Shown: piece by piece, positions 35,125-43,951 of the stretch
How positions within the stretch are numbered: position 1 is the first letter of the stretch
How the letters are laid out: each line of letters starts with the position of its first letter
From: a virus
Taxonomy: Duplodnaviria; Caudoviricetes
IMG/VR virus record: IMGVR_UViG_3300044538_000007
Location: 1-51,336 of that record
Reading direction: 5' to 3' (one strand)
DNA length: 51,336 nt
Made by a program: the position numbers and the translations under genes
The notes under the pieces: generated by a model
Databases searched by the model: none
The model's input: the letters and a program-made list of their open reading frames with translations, nothing else
Told to the model about the DNA's origin: nothing

Positions 35125-35630
35125 CCGTCACCGACCGCCAGCTGCTCGACAGCGTCCGCACCGTCTGCGACTCACCCCAGTTCACCGACGACGCGCAGCG
35201 CATCCGCATCATCCGGCAGATCGTCGACACCCACCGCCCGGGGGACACGTCCCCGGCCACGGCGGTGAAGACCGTCGCGGTTGTGACCACCGCCGGCGGT
35301 CTGCTCACCGACGACTCCACCCTCACCATCAACGGGGTTGCGTTCCCAATCCCCACCAAGGGCGAACTGGCCAGCGGCACGCAGACCACGTTCGCGCCGC
35401 ACCGCATCGTGCAGGCCATCAAGGACGCCGGATACCGCAAGGTGGGCATGTTCACCGAGCGCGATTCGGACCGGGTGGAGATCGAGGTTGAGCCGGCGGC
35501 CGAAGTCCCCGCCGACCTCCCACCGCGCGATGAGCCGGTACGGCCTGGCGAGCCCTGGACCTTCGAGCGGCACGCCGATGGCGACCTGTACGTCCGCTAC
35601 CTCACCGAGTCAGAGGACGGCACCCAATGA
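35121..35630 (+). CDS. Hypothetical protein
   Basis: ATGA coupling; high GC3. Confidence 0.65.
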   Translation: MTVTDRQLLDSVRTVCDSPQFTDDAQRIRIIRQIVDTHRPGDTSPATAVKTVAVVTTAGGLLTDDSTLTINGVAFPIPTKGELASGTQTTFAPHRIVQAIKDAGYRKVGMFTERDSDRVEIEVEPAAEVPADLPPRDEPVRPGEPWTFERHADGDLYVRYLTESEDGTQ

Positions 35631-36007
35631 TCAACCGCACGCCCGCCGAGATGGACCAGCCCCGCCAAGCACTCATCGCTGGCCTGCGCGAACTGGCCGA
35701 CTGGTACGAGCAGCACCCCGACGCGGCGTTGCCGATGTACCCGTCGATGCTGGTCTGCGTCCACGCCACCGATGACGGCGACGGCCTGTACGAGGTCGAA
35801 CGAATGGCCGGCATCCTCGGCGTCAAGCCTCAGTACAGCGTCGGGCAGCAGGTCGCCGCCGAGCGGGCGTTTGGGTCGCTGGAGTTGCGCGTGTACTACA
35901 ACACCCGCGACACGATGGCCGCGTACAACGCCCGGCAGAGGATTGCCGAAGCGGCGACGCCGGCGCAACTGGCGGCGGCCGGATACACACCGGAGCGTGC
36001 GTCGTGA
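35627..36007 (+). CDS. Hypothetical protein
   Basis: LIAGLRELADWYEQHPD motif common in actinophages. Confidence 0.7.
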   Translation: MINRTPAEMDQPRQALIAGLRELADWYEQHPDAALPMYPSMLVCVHATDDGDGLYEVERMAGILGVKPQYSVGQQVAAERAFGSLELRVYYNTRDTMAAYNARQRIAEAATPAQLAAAGYTPERAS

Positions 36008-36462
36008 CCGGGAACAGCCCCGAGGTGCAGCGCCTCATCGACCTGATGCGCCGAGAGATGACCATGCGCCCCCACTGCGGAGCCGAATACGCCATCGCCG
36101 CGGGAACCATCGGCGGCATCATGAATCCGGGATCCGGCAGGTACGCCCACGCCACCCGGCAGCAAAGGTTGGATGCCATAGCCGACGTGCTGCTGGCGTT
36201 GGACATGGCAACAGACTCCGGGATGGGCGCTGCTGTGCCACCAGCAGGGGTTCAGCGCTCCCCGGAACGGGACGGCGGCGGTTATGACGCTGCCGTCCCG
36301 GCCCGGTCCGCCGTCGTCTCCTCCCCCACTCTTGAGGGCGGCGGGCCGGGCACCGACCTGACACCACACGGCCGCACCTGCCTGTGCACCGACTGTTTGC
36401 CCGACAGGTTCGCCATGGGTACCGCGGACTACGCATCTGCGAAGCGGGTGATGTGGGCATGA
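36004..36462 (+). CDS. Hypothetical protein
   Basis: Coupled. Confidence 0.55.
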   Translation: MTGNSPEVQRLIDLMRREMTMRPHCGAEYAIAAGTIGGIMNPGSGRYAHATRQQRLDAIADVLLALDMATDSGMGAAVPPAGVQRSPERDGGGYDAAVPARSAVVSSPTLEGGGPGTDLTPHGRTCLCTDCLPDRFAMGTADYASAKRVMWA

Positions 36463-36764
36463 CACTCGACCTCGAAGCCATCCGGGCACGTGCCGAGACG
36501 GCACAGCGGTGGATTGAGGCTGCCGAAGGAGGCCCAAACGGCGGTTGGCTACCGTTCTCCGTCCGGGAACACTTCGGCACCGACACACCGAAGCTGCTGG
36601 CCGAGGTGGAACAGCTCCGCGCCCTGCTCGCCGAGTTCGTCGACGACGAGCCGTGCGAATTCGACCACCACGGCGGCTGCCAGACCCACGGATTCCTGGA
36701 GCCGAGGCCCGGGCAGCGCTGCCATGTAGCCCGGGCACGCGAACTTCTCGGCGGTGCACTGTGA
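36459..36764 (+). CDS. Hypothetical protein
   Basis: LDLEAIRARA...LLAEVEQLR; CEFDHHGGCQTH. Confidence 0.7.
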   Translation: MTLDLEAIRARAETAQRWIEAAEGGPNGGWLPFSVREHFGTDTPKLLAEVEQLRALLAEFVDDEPCEFDHHGGCQTHGFLEPRPGQRCHVARARELLGGAL

Positions 36765-37102
36765 CCATGTTCGCTGAAGAGTCCGCCCGGGAAGCCCCGT
36801 CGTGGATGCTCGCCCACCACCCACTGTCCACCCCAGACGCACTCATCCCGATGCGGGACCCAGCCGAGCTGGCCCTGCTGCAGGAGCGGGCCGAAGCGTG
36901 GTCCGAGGTGGCCGAGACGTATCGGGACCAGACAGTGCGGCTGTGGCAGTTGGAGGACCGGCCCACCGCAGACGGCCCACGGCTGTGGCGCGCCGAGAAA
37001 CAGACCACCCCGGCCGCCGCGTGGGCCTGGTTCCACGGCTTCCACATGCCCGCCGGCCACCGACTCGTACTGATCGACACAACCAAGGGGAACAAGCCGT
37101 GA
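36761..37102 (+). CDS. Hypothetical protein
   Basis: Coupled. Confidence 0.55.
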   Translation: MTMFAEESAREAPSWMLAHHPLSTPDALIPMRDPAELALLQERAEAWSEVAETYRDQTVRLWQLEDRPTADGPRLWRAEKQTTPAAAWAWFHGFHMPAGHRLVLIDTTKGNKP

Positions 37103-37413
37103 CCACCGTCATCGAAATAGACGTGCTGCGCCGGGAAACGCTGCAGGCCGTCGCCGCACTCGCCTACCAGCACCACCTGCCGTCCCCGTCGCGGGTGTTC
37201 GCCAACGACCACCCGGACTACACATACATCACACTCACCCTGGACTTCACCAGCCGGGGCGCCGTGGACCTGTGGGCGCGCATTCTGGGGCTGCCCCGTC
37301 CGGGCATGTTCGGCGGCAAGTACGAGTCGTTGGGGTTCCGCGCCGACAACGGGCCGATCTGGTTGGGGTGGCAGGTTGTGGCCATCCGCACCGACGAGGC
37401 GGTGACGGCATGA
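37099..37413 (+). CDS. Hypothetical protein
   Basis: Coupled; RBS AAGGGG. Confidence 0.6.
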   Translation: MTTVIEIDVLRRETLQAVAALAYQHHLPSPSRVFANDHPDYTYITLTLDFTSRGAVDLWARILGLPRPGMFGGKYESLGFRADNGPIWLGWQVVAIRTDEAVTA

Positions 37414-37715
37414 GGCGTCTGCGCGCGTTTCTGCGCAACCTGCTCGCGCGGTTCATGCCCGCCCCCATCCCCGAAGGCTGGACCGAGAAAGCAATGGCCG
37501 AAATCCGGCCCCGGGGGGATGAACCATTCACCGGTGAAATCCCCGCCGTCGAAACCACCGGCCCCATCATCGTCGTCGACGAACACTTGGGCACCTTGTT
37601 CGCCGCCGACATGACCCCGTCCCGGGCGTGGCTGTTCGAAGCCGTGCGGGACCTGCATCCGGTGGACCTTACGTGGGCGCCGGGCTGGCTCGACTGGGCG
37701 GGGGCGACGGCGTGA
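37410..37715 (+). CDS. Hypothetical protein
   Basis: Coupled. Confidence 0.55.
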   Translation: MRRLRAFLRNLLARFMPAPIPEGWTEKAMAEIRPRGDEPFTGEIPAVETTGPIIVVDEHLGTLFAADMTPSRAWLFEAVRDLHPVDLTWAPGWLDWAGATA

Positions 37716-37885
37716 GCGAAGTCGTTAAGTGGCTGTTGGTCTCCTGGTTCGCCTGGTCAGCATTGGCGGTGGTTCTGGGAGTGGGCAAGCCACGTAAGCC
37801 CATAACACCCGGGATGGCGGCGTTGTGCTTGCTGGTCGTGGCCGCGGAGATCGTGGCTGTCCTGGTCTTCTGGGAGTCGTCGTGA
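37712..37885 (+). CDS. Small membrane protein
   Basis: Two TM segments around GKPRKPITP. Confidence 0.65.
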   Translation: MSEVVKWLLVSWFAWSALAVVLGVGKPRKPITPGMAALCLLVVAAEIVAVLVFWESS

Positions 37886-38199
37886 CCGCCAACCCCATGA
37901 CCGCCGACCTGGCAGCCCTGTACGGCGTCGGCCTCATCGTCGCCGGTGCGTTCATCCTGTGCGCGCTGATGTGGTTCTGCCACAGCGCCCGCGACTGGCT
38001 GCAGGGACTACGTCAGGCGTTCCTGGACGGTAAGGCCCGTGGCGAGGCGGACGCGATGCGGCTGATGCACCGCAACGACTGCGACGACACGCCGACGGCG
38101 GTGGACGAGGCGGTGCTGCGCGCACAGATGGACTACGACCGGTATCGCTTCCAGTACCTGGCACCGGGGGAGCACGACATCGCCTGGAGGCGGCCGTGA
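37882..38199 (+). CDS. Membrane protein
   Basis: N-terminal TM segment; coupled. Confidence 0.6.
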   Translation: MTANPMTADLAALYGVGLIVAGAFILCALMWFCHSARDWLQGLRQAFLDGKARGEADAMRLMHRNDCDDTPTAVDEAVLRAQMDYDRYRFQYLAPGEHDIAWRRP

Positions 38200-39977
38200 C
38201 CCCGGAGATTGCGCAGCTGCTGCGGCAGCCGTTCCCGCCGGAGAAGATCGGCAAACTGCCGCGGGTCACCTGCGGCGACTGCCGGGACGCGCGGAGCCGG
38301 GTGTGCGACAAGCACACCAAGAGCCGCTGCGGCGAATGCGCATCCTGGATCACCGGGGCGCACATTCACCTGGACTTCGTGGGCCACGCCGACACCACCG
38401 ACCGGCTGCTCGAGGCGGACCCGGAGTGGACGTGGGAGCCGTTCGCCCTGGACCCGCGGGGCCTGCCCGCGCTGGACGACAACGGCGGCATGTGGATCCG
38501 GCTCACCGTGTCCGGTGTGACCCGCATCGGCTACGGCGACGCGGACGGGAAGCGTGGCGGCGCCGCGATGAAGGAAACCATCGGCGACTGTCTCATCACG
38601 GGCACACCGATCCTCACCCGTGACGGTTGGCAGCCGGTCGAGACCGTGGCCGTCGGCCAAGAGGTACCGACGCGCCACGGGTGGCGCCGGGTGACTGATC
38701 ATTGGCTATCGGCCGAGTCTGCGCCCGTGCTGGCAGTGCTAGTCGACGACGGCCGCGTCCTGGTGGCGACACCCCATCACCGCGTTCCGACACAGCGCGG
38801 CGCGGTATCGGTGCGGGCGCTCCGCAACGGAGATATGCTGTATGCATGGCCGGATACCGCAAGGCAGCCAACGCAGAAGACTTGGTCTGGGCTGGGCGCA
38901 TCTACCGCCGCCACCCCAACCATTCGGACAGGCACCGGCGGGTTTACTTCATGGCCACCACAGAACCTAGGACGTTCTTGCACCGGGATATCTATATCGC
39001 GGAGCATGGTGCCATCCCCGATGGCTGGCACGTCCACCATCGCGACCACGATCCTCTCAACAACGCCCCGGCCAACCTCGTCGCGATCTCCCCTGTTGAG
39101 CACGCCCAGCATCACTACGAGGAACGAGAGCCGTTGTCCTACCGCTGCGCGCATTGCGGTTGCGACTTCGCCTCCTACAAGCGCACACGCAACGTCCGGT
39201 GGTGCAGCGCCCGATGCAAGGAAGCGGCTCGGCGGGCCGCAGGGCTTGTCAAGCCTCGCCCCAGTACTGCCAAGCCGCCCATCGACCGGACCTGCGCCGA
39301 ATGTGGTGTCGCCTTCGCAACCACTAAGCCGTGGGCCGTCTTCTGTGGCCCCGCGTGTCGTGGCCGTGCTGGACGCCGGCGTCGCGCCGGTGTGGAACCT
39401 CAGCGTTGACGAGGTCCATGAGTACGTAGCCAACGGACTCTTCGTCCACAACAGCATCCGTAACGCGTCGATGCGGTTCGGGGTGGCGTTGGACCTGTGG
39501 CGCAAGGAAACCCATGTGGACGAGTCCACCGCACCCCGGCCGCGGCCACAGGAGCCGGCCCCGGTGCCACCGAACCGGCAGAACATCCTGACCCGCGCCG
39601 CTGTGAAGATCCGGGACGCCACCTCGAAGGATGACTGCGACCGGATCGGCCAGCGGATCACCGAGCATGAGAAAGCGCAGCGCATCACCGCGCAGGACGC
39701 GATCGATTTGCGGCGACAGCTGGTGGCCCGGCAGGAGGAACTGTCCCCGACCAGCGCGGTCATGCCGGTCACCGAACGACAGCACAAACGCATGCACGTG
39801 CTCTGGCCCCAGGTCGGGTTGGGTGGCACGGAGAACCGGGAGATGCGGCTGACCCGCACGTCACTGATCGTCGGCCGCGACATTGACTCGTCGGCGCACC
39901 TGACCGCAGCCGAGGCTGACCGGGTCATTGACGCGTTGGAGGCCGAACGCAAAGCGAGCAAGGAGGAAGCGAAGTGA
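38196..39977 (+). CDS. Rad52/Sak-like single-strand annealing protein containing an intein
   Basis: LRQPFP, LDFVGHA...DRLLEADPEWTW; spliced junction KETIGD|SIRNASMRFGVALDLW. Confidence 0.85.
   Translation: MTPEIAQLLRQPFPPEKIGKLPRVTCGDCRDARSRVCDKHTKSRCGECASWITGAHIHLDFVGHADTTDRLLEADPEWTWEPFALDPRGLPALDDNGGMWIRLTVSGVTRIGYGDADGKRGGAAMKETIGDCLITGTPILTRDGWQPVETVAVGQEVPTRHGWRRVTDHWLSAESAPVLAVLVDDGRVLVATPHHRVPTQRGAVSVRALRNGDMLYAWPDTARQPTQKTWSGLGASTAATPTIRTGTGGFTSWPPQNLGRSCTGISISRSMVPSPMAGTSTIATTILSTTPRPTSSRSPLLSTPSITTRNESRCPTAARIAVATSPPTSAHATSGGAAPDARKRLGGPQGLSSLAPVLPSRPSTGPAPNVVSPSQPLSRGPSSVAPRVVAVLDAGVAPVWNLSVDEVHEYVANGLFVHNSIRNASMRFGVALDLWRKETHVDESTAPRPRPQEPAPVPPNRQNILTRAAVKIRDATSKDDCDRIGQRITEHEKAQRITAQDAIDLRRQLVARQEELSPTSAVMPVTERQHKRMHVLWPQVGLGGTENREMRLTRTSLIVGRDIDSSAHLTAAEADRVIDALEAERKASKEEAK
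38589..39452 (+). mobile_element. Intein (288 aa, Cys1...His-Asn, Ser+1)
   Basis: Block A CLITGTPILTRDG, block B LVATPHHRV, blocks F/G VWNLSVDEVHEYVANGLFVHN/S. Confidence 0.93.
38846..39409 (+). CDS. HNH homing endonuclease with zinc fingers, overprinted out of frame inside the intein
   Basis: LHRDIY..EHGAIPDGWHVHHRDHDPLNNAPANL...EHAQHH; CAHCG...WCSARC; CAECG...FCGPAC; GGAG 13 nt before the ATG. Confidence 0.88.
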   Translation: MAGYRKAANAEDLVWAGRIYRRHPNHSDRHRRVYFMATTEPRTFLHRDIYIAEHGAIPDGWHVHHRDHDPLNNAPANLVAISPVEHAQHHYEEREPLSYRCAHCGCDFASYKRTRNVRWCSARCKEAARRAAGLVKPRPSTAKPPIDRTCAECGVAFATTKPWAVFCGPACRGRAGRRRRAGVEPQR

Positions 39978-40486
39978 GCCGGCAAGAGGACATCTCCCAC
40001 ATCCTGCTGTGGGAACAGCTCGCGGCCAAAGCCAAGGCCAAGGCGAGCGCGATCCGGGAGCAGCTGGCGGAGGATGCGCGGGCCGAGTTGAAGGAGCAGG
40101 GAACGGCGCCGACGTGGCGGCTACCCGAGGTCGGCGTGGTGTCCCTTCCCGTCAGCCAGGAGTCGGTGTACGTCCGGGACGAATCCGCACTGGTGGAGTG
40201 GGTGCGGGTGTTCCATCCCGACGAGATCGAAACCGTGGAGAAGGTGCGGCCGGGTTTCGTCAACACCCTGTTGTCGGAGTCGCGCGGCGAGGGCGAGGAC
40301 GTGGTGTGGATGCGGGAAGGCGCCTTGGTGGCCGGGCTCGGTATCCGGCCGGGTGGCCTGCCATTGGCCTTGTCGTTCCGCCCCACCCACGACGCACGGC
40401 AGGTTGCGGGGGCGGTGGCGGACAAGCTCATCGGCGAATGGGAGCAGCAACTGTCCGAGCCGGTTGTCATCGCCGGGGACGACTGA
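39974..40486 (+). CDS. Hypothetical protein (recombination module)
   Basis: RBS AAGGAGG; coupled. Confidence 0.7.
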   Translation: MSRQEDISHILLWEQLAAKAKAKASAIREQLAEDARAELKEQGTAPTWRLPEVGVVSLPVSQESVYVRDESALVEWVRVFHPDEIETVEKVRPGFVNTLLSESRGEGEDVVWMREGALVAGLGIRPGGLPLALSFRPTHDARQVAGAVADKLIGEWEQQLSEPVVIAGDD

Positions 40487-40869
40487 TGCGCAAGTCGCCG
40501 TTGAAGTACCGGTACCGCAACACCGGACCCCGCAAGTCCACACGCGTCATCGTGCTGGAGCGGGCCGGGGACAGGTGCGAATGGCCGGACTGCACCGCAT
40601 GGGCGACGGAGATACACCACCGGCTGAACCGCAAGATGGGCGGCCGGAAAGGCGAACGCGCCGAGCAGTTGAACGGGGTGGCGTGGTTGCTGGCGGCCTG
40701 CGGCTACCACCACATGCGTGTCACGTCAGCCAAGGGTGACCAGCTGGACGAGGCGAAGGACTACGGCTGGGTGCTGCTCGAGCGCGAGCTCGCCGAGGAG
40801 ATCCCGGTGGCGATGGATGGCGGCGCGTACTGGCTCGACAACGACGGGGGAAAGGAACTGGTGCCGTGA
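40486..40869 (+). CDS. HNH-like nuclease
   Basis: VLERAGDRCE..DC...EIHHR.NRKMGG...CGYHH. Confidence 0.7.
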   Translation: MRKSPLKYRYRNTGPRKSTRVIVLERAGDRCEWPDCTAWATEIHHRLNRKMGGRKGERAEQLNGVAWLLAACGYHHMRVTSAKGDQLDEAKDYGWVLLERELAEEIPVAMDGGAYWLDNDGGKELVP

Positions 40870-41291
40870 GCGACAAGACGATGCGGGTACTGGTGACCGG
40901 CTCCCGGAAGTGGCGAGACCAGGAGCTGCTCCGGATCGCGCTGGACGCCGTGGCGGTCGAGGCGGTGAACGCCGGCTGCACCGAGCTTGTGGTGGTCCAC
41001 GGCTGCGCGCCGGGCGCCGACATCATGGCCGACTACTGGGCGCGTAACCGCCGCGAGTACTGGCCGGTGAGGGCGGAACGGCATCCGGCGGACTGGCGGC
41101 AGTACGGCAAGGCGGCCGGTGTCCGACGCAACCGGGAGATGGTCCGGCTCGGCGCCGACGTGTGCCTTGCGTTCCTGCTCGACGACTCGCCCGGCACCAC
41201 CCAATGCGGCGGACTGGCCGAACGGGAAGGCATCCCCACCCGCTGGTTCCGGCAGTACTCAGACACCCCACCAGGAGGAACCGATGCCTGA
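40866..41291 (+). CDS. SLOG-family protein (DUF2493/YspA-like)
   Basis: RVLVTGSRKW, VVHGCAPGAD, HPADWRQYGKAAGVRRNREMV, SPGT. Confidence 0.88.
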   Translation: MSDKTMRVLVTGSRKWRDQELLRIALDAVAVEAVNAGCTELVVVHGCAPGADIMADYWARNRREYWPVRAERHPADWRQYGKAAGVRRNREMVRLGADVCLAFLLDDSPGTTQCGGLAEREGIPTRWFRQYSDTPPGGTDA

Positions 41292-41688
41292 CATGGTCAT
41301 GTTCGACGCCGTCTGGAAGGACGGAAACGGCCGGATCCGGTCGACGCGCGTGTTCGGGGAACTGATCGTGCCTGGCCTGGTCGTGGCGCCCTGTGTTGAC
41401 GGCGATCGGTACCACGGCTCCTGGTCGGTGGTCCACGTCGAGACGGGACACCGGGTGTCGGGTCCGCCGATGTGCCTGCGCCACGCCCGCCGCGCCGCGC
41501 AACAGATTGTTGCCCTCGGCTGCGACTGGACGCAGGGCATGGACGGCGTCAAAGACGATCCGAAGGCGAAGGACGCCGGCAGCATCCACTCGGCCGAAGG
41601 GATGGACTGCGCCGGTGGCTACTGCTGCGACGACTGGGAGATGTTGACCCCGGCCGAACGTGCGCAGGAGAACGCCGATGCCACCTAG
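41284..41688 (+). CDS. Hypothetical protein
   Basis: RBS AGGAGG; WSVVHVETG. Confidence 0.65.
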   Translation: MPDMVMFDAVWKDGNGRIRSTRVFGELIVPGLVVAPCVDGDRYHGSWSVVHVETGHRVSGPPMCLRHARRAAQQIVALGCDWTQGMDGVKDDPKAKDAGSIHSAEGMDCAGGYCCDDWEMLTPAERAQENADAT

Positions 41689-41941
41689 GAAGCGTCATCC
41701 GCTGGACCGGCAAGTCCTCGGCGTAGTGAAGGCGCAGCGCAAACTCTGGTCCACGACGGTGGTCGGGAACCGCCGCCGGCACGAGTCGCGCGCCCAGGCA
41801 TACCGGTACGTGGAGAACGACCGCCGAAACTGGCTCGCTGGGGCTCTCCGCGATTCCGTGGTGAACGTGTGGGTGGACGAGCGTGACGGCCGCGGCTGGC
41901 AACTGTACGAGCGGATCGACTTCGCGGGGGAGGGGAAGTGA
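41678..41941 (+). CDS. Hypothetical protein
   Basis: RBS AGGAG; VWVDERDGRGWQLYE. Confidence 0.65.
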   Translation: MPPRKRHPLDRQVLGVVKAQRKLWSTTVVGNRRRHESRAQAYRYVENDRRNWLAGALRDSVVNVWVDERDGRGWQLYERIDFAGEGK

Positions 41942-42204
41942 CCCGGCGTAGCAGCTACGGCCTGGACGTGCTCGACGACTGGCGGCACCGCAGCGCCTGC
42001 CGTAGCCACGACGGGGAGTGGTGGTTCCCCGACGAATACCGCGGTGCCACGGCGCAGCTCATCCAGGACCGGGCCAAGCGCATCTGTGCCGGCTGCCCGG
42101 TACGGGCCGAGTGCCTTGCGTGGGCGTTGGAGACGGATCAGCGGTTCGGGATTTGGGGTGGGTTGACGGATTCGGAGCGTGGCGACATGCGGGGACGGCG
42201 GTGA
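41938..42204 (+). CDS. whiB: WhiB-family transcription factor
   Basis: SAC...WFP...AKRICAGCPVRAECL...GIWGGLTDSER. Confidence 0.95.
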   Translation: MTRRSSYGLDVLDDWRHRSACRSHDGEWWFPDEYRGATAQLIQDRAKRICAGCPVRAECLAWALETDQRFGIWGGLTDSERGDMRGRR

Positions 42205-42560
42205 CCGGATGCAACGCCGTGCAGCACGGATCCACCTACGCGTACGCCAAGTTCGGGTGCCGCTGCCCCGACACCGTCGAGCTGATGCGGGCCGCCTGGC
42301 GGCAGCATGGCCGGCTACGCCCGAAGGGGCGGCAGCGGGGAGCCAGGCCGGCGGGGTTCGACGAAATGGCGGTGCAACGGGCTTGCGGTGGGGACCGGCA
42401 GCTTCGGCTGTCCACGGCGGAGATGACTGCTGTTGTCGCCTATCTGACCGGGGCGGGGATGTCGGCGGCGCAGATCGCCATCCGGCTCGGGGTGTCACCG
42501 CGGACCGTTCAGCGCCATCGGGGACGTGTCCACAGCTTCGTACACACTGTGGACACGTGA
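42201..42560 (+). CDS. HTH DNA-binding protein
   Basis: HG..Y...GCRC; MSAAQIAIRLGVSPRTVQRHR. Confidence 0.8.
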   Translation: MTGCNAVQHGSTYAYAKFGCRCPDTVELMRAAWRQHGRLRPKGRQRGARPAGFDEMAVQRACGGDRQLRLSTAEMTAVVAYLTGAGMSAAQIAIRLGVSPRTVQRHRGRVHSFVHTVDT

Positions 42561-42570
42561 AGGGCCAGCG

Positions 42571-42771
42571 ATGAGCCGGCCGGCGCATTGTCCGAACCCG
42601 GAGAAGCGTGCCTACCGCGACGGGGAGCAGGCGGCGGTGGCGGCGGAACGGATGACCCGCACCGTCGGTGTGCCCATGTTCGCCTACGCCTGCCGGTGCG
42701 AGTCGTGGCATTTGACGAAGCGGCCGACCAGGGGTTCGGTGTGCCCCACCTGCGGGACGGTGCAGTCGTGA
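42571..42771 (+). CDS. Small zinc-binding protein
   Basis: CPNPEKRAY...AYACRCESWHLT. Confidence 0.7.
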   Translation: MSRPAHCPNPEKRAYRDGEQAAVAAERMTRTVGVPMFAYACRCESWHLTKRPTRGSVCPTCGTVQS

Positions 42772-42961
42772 GGCCGCCGGCTGGCCGGTGGATTGTGACC
42801 AAGACTCTGACCGGCGCCCGCTACCCGTGCCGGTGCCACAAGAACCAGAACTGCCGGCCGCGGCGCTGCCCATGCGACGGCCGACCCGACGGACAGCACA
42901 TGCAACCCCGGTGCTGCGCACGCCGCGCGCACGACACAGCACAACGGACGAAGGAGAACGA

Positions 42962-43951
42962 GTGAGCGAGCTGGCCGCCCGCGGGGGCGAAGTTGAACTG
43001 GCTGGCGTCGAGCTGACCCGTACGGCGTTGACGCTGCCCGACGGGTTGGACTTCGACGACTGGGCGGCGTACGGCAAACGCCTGTCGCACATGGCCGAGG
43101 GTGTCATGTGGTGGATCGGCGACTGGTGGCGGTACGGCGAACACCGTTACGGCGAGCGCGCCGCGCAGGTACTCGACCCCGACACTTACTCGTTCCAGAC
43201 TTTCGCCGATGCGGGGTGGGTGGCCGGCAAGTTCGAAACTTCGGATCGATCCGAAGTTCTCTCGTGGACGCACCACCGTGTTGTCGCCGCTCTCGCTGGT
43301 GACGACCTGTCCAAGGCACGTCAGGCGCTGGCGCTGGCTGAGGAGCAGGACTGGTCCGTTCAGGATCTGCGGCGGCACGTGCGTGAGATCCGGCGGCAGC
43401 GACGGGTTGAGGAGATAGCTCGGCAGCACAGCGAAGACCCGTCGACGCTGGGCGCCTTCCCGGTGCTGTACGCGGATCCGCCTTGGCGGTACGACTTCGC
43501 CGAGGACGAGGAAAGCCGGGCGATCGAGAACCACTACCCGACCATGAGCGTTGAGGAGATCGCCGAACTCAAACCGCCGGCTGCGGAGGACGGCGTGCTG
43601 TTCCTGTGGACGACGAGCCCGAAGCTTCGCGAGGGGCTACAGATCGTCGATGCCTGGGGCTACGAGTACCGGACGTGCATGGTGTGGGTGAAGGACCGCA
43701 TCGGCATGGGCTACTACGCCCGCCAGCAGCACGAGTTGCTGCTGATCGGTGCCCGCGGCAGCATCCCCGCACCGCCCCCGTCGGTCCGTCCGGCGTCGGT
43801 TATCCACGGTCCACGTACCGAGCACAGCGCAAAGCCCGACGAGGCGTACCAGTTCATCGAGCGCATGTACCCGGACTACCCGAAGTGCGAGCTATTCCAG
43901 CGCCGCCCCCGAGAGGGCTGGGTCGGCTGGGGAAACCAGGTCGAGTCATGA
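42962..43951 (+). CDS. LmbU-like N-terminal domain fused to an MT-A70-family adenine methyltransferase
   Basis: WWIGDWWRYGE...LSWTHH; YADPPW, HYPTM, LFLW, HSAKP, ELFQR. Confidence 0.88.
   Translation: MSELAARGGEVELAGVELTRTALTLPDGLDFDDWAAYGKRLSHMAEGVMWWIGDWWRYGEHRYGERAAQVLDPDTYSFQTFADAGWVAGKFETSDRSEVLSWTHHRVVAALAGDDLSKARQALALAEEQDWSVQDLRRHVREIRRQRRVEEIARQHSEDPSTLGAFPVLYADPPWRYDFAEDEESRAIENHYPTMSVEEIAELKPPAAEDGVLFLWTTSPKLREGLQIVDAWGYEYRTCMVWVKDRIGMGYYARQQHELLLIGARGSIPAPPPSVRPASVIHGPRTEHSAKPDEAYQFIERMYPDYPKCELFQRRPREGWVGWGNQVES

Noticed and set aside
38702-38845. Programmed -1 frameshift fusing the intein N-part to the HNH
   Set aside because: The -1 frame is open from about 38702 but I found no X XXY YYZ slippery heptamer; independent initiation at 38846 is simpler, though not proven.
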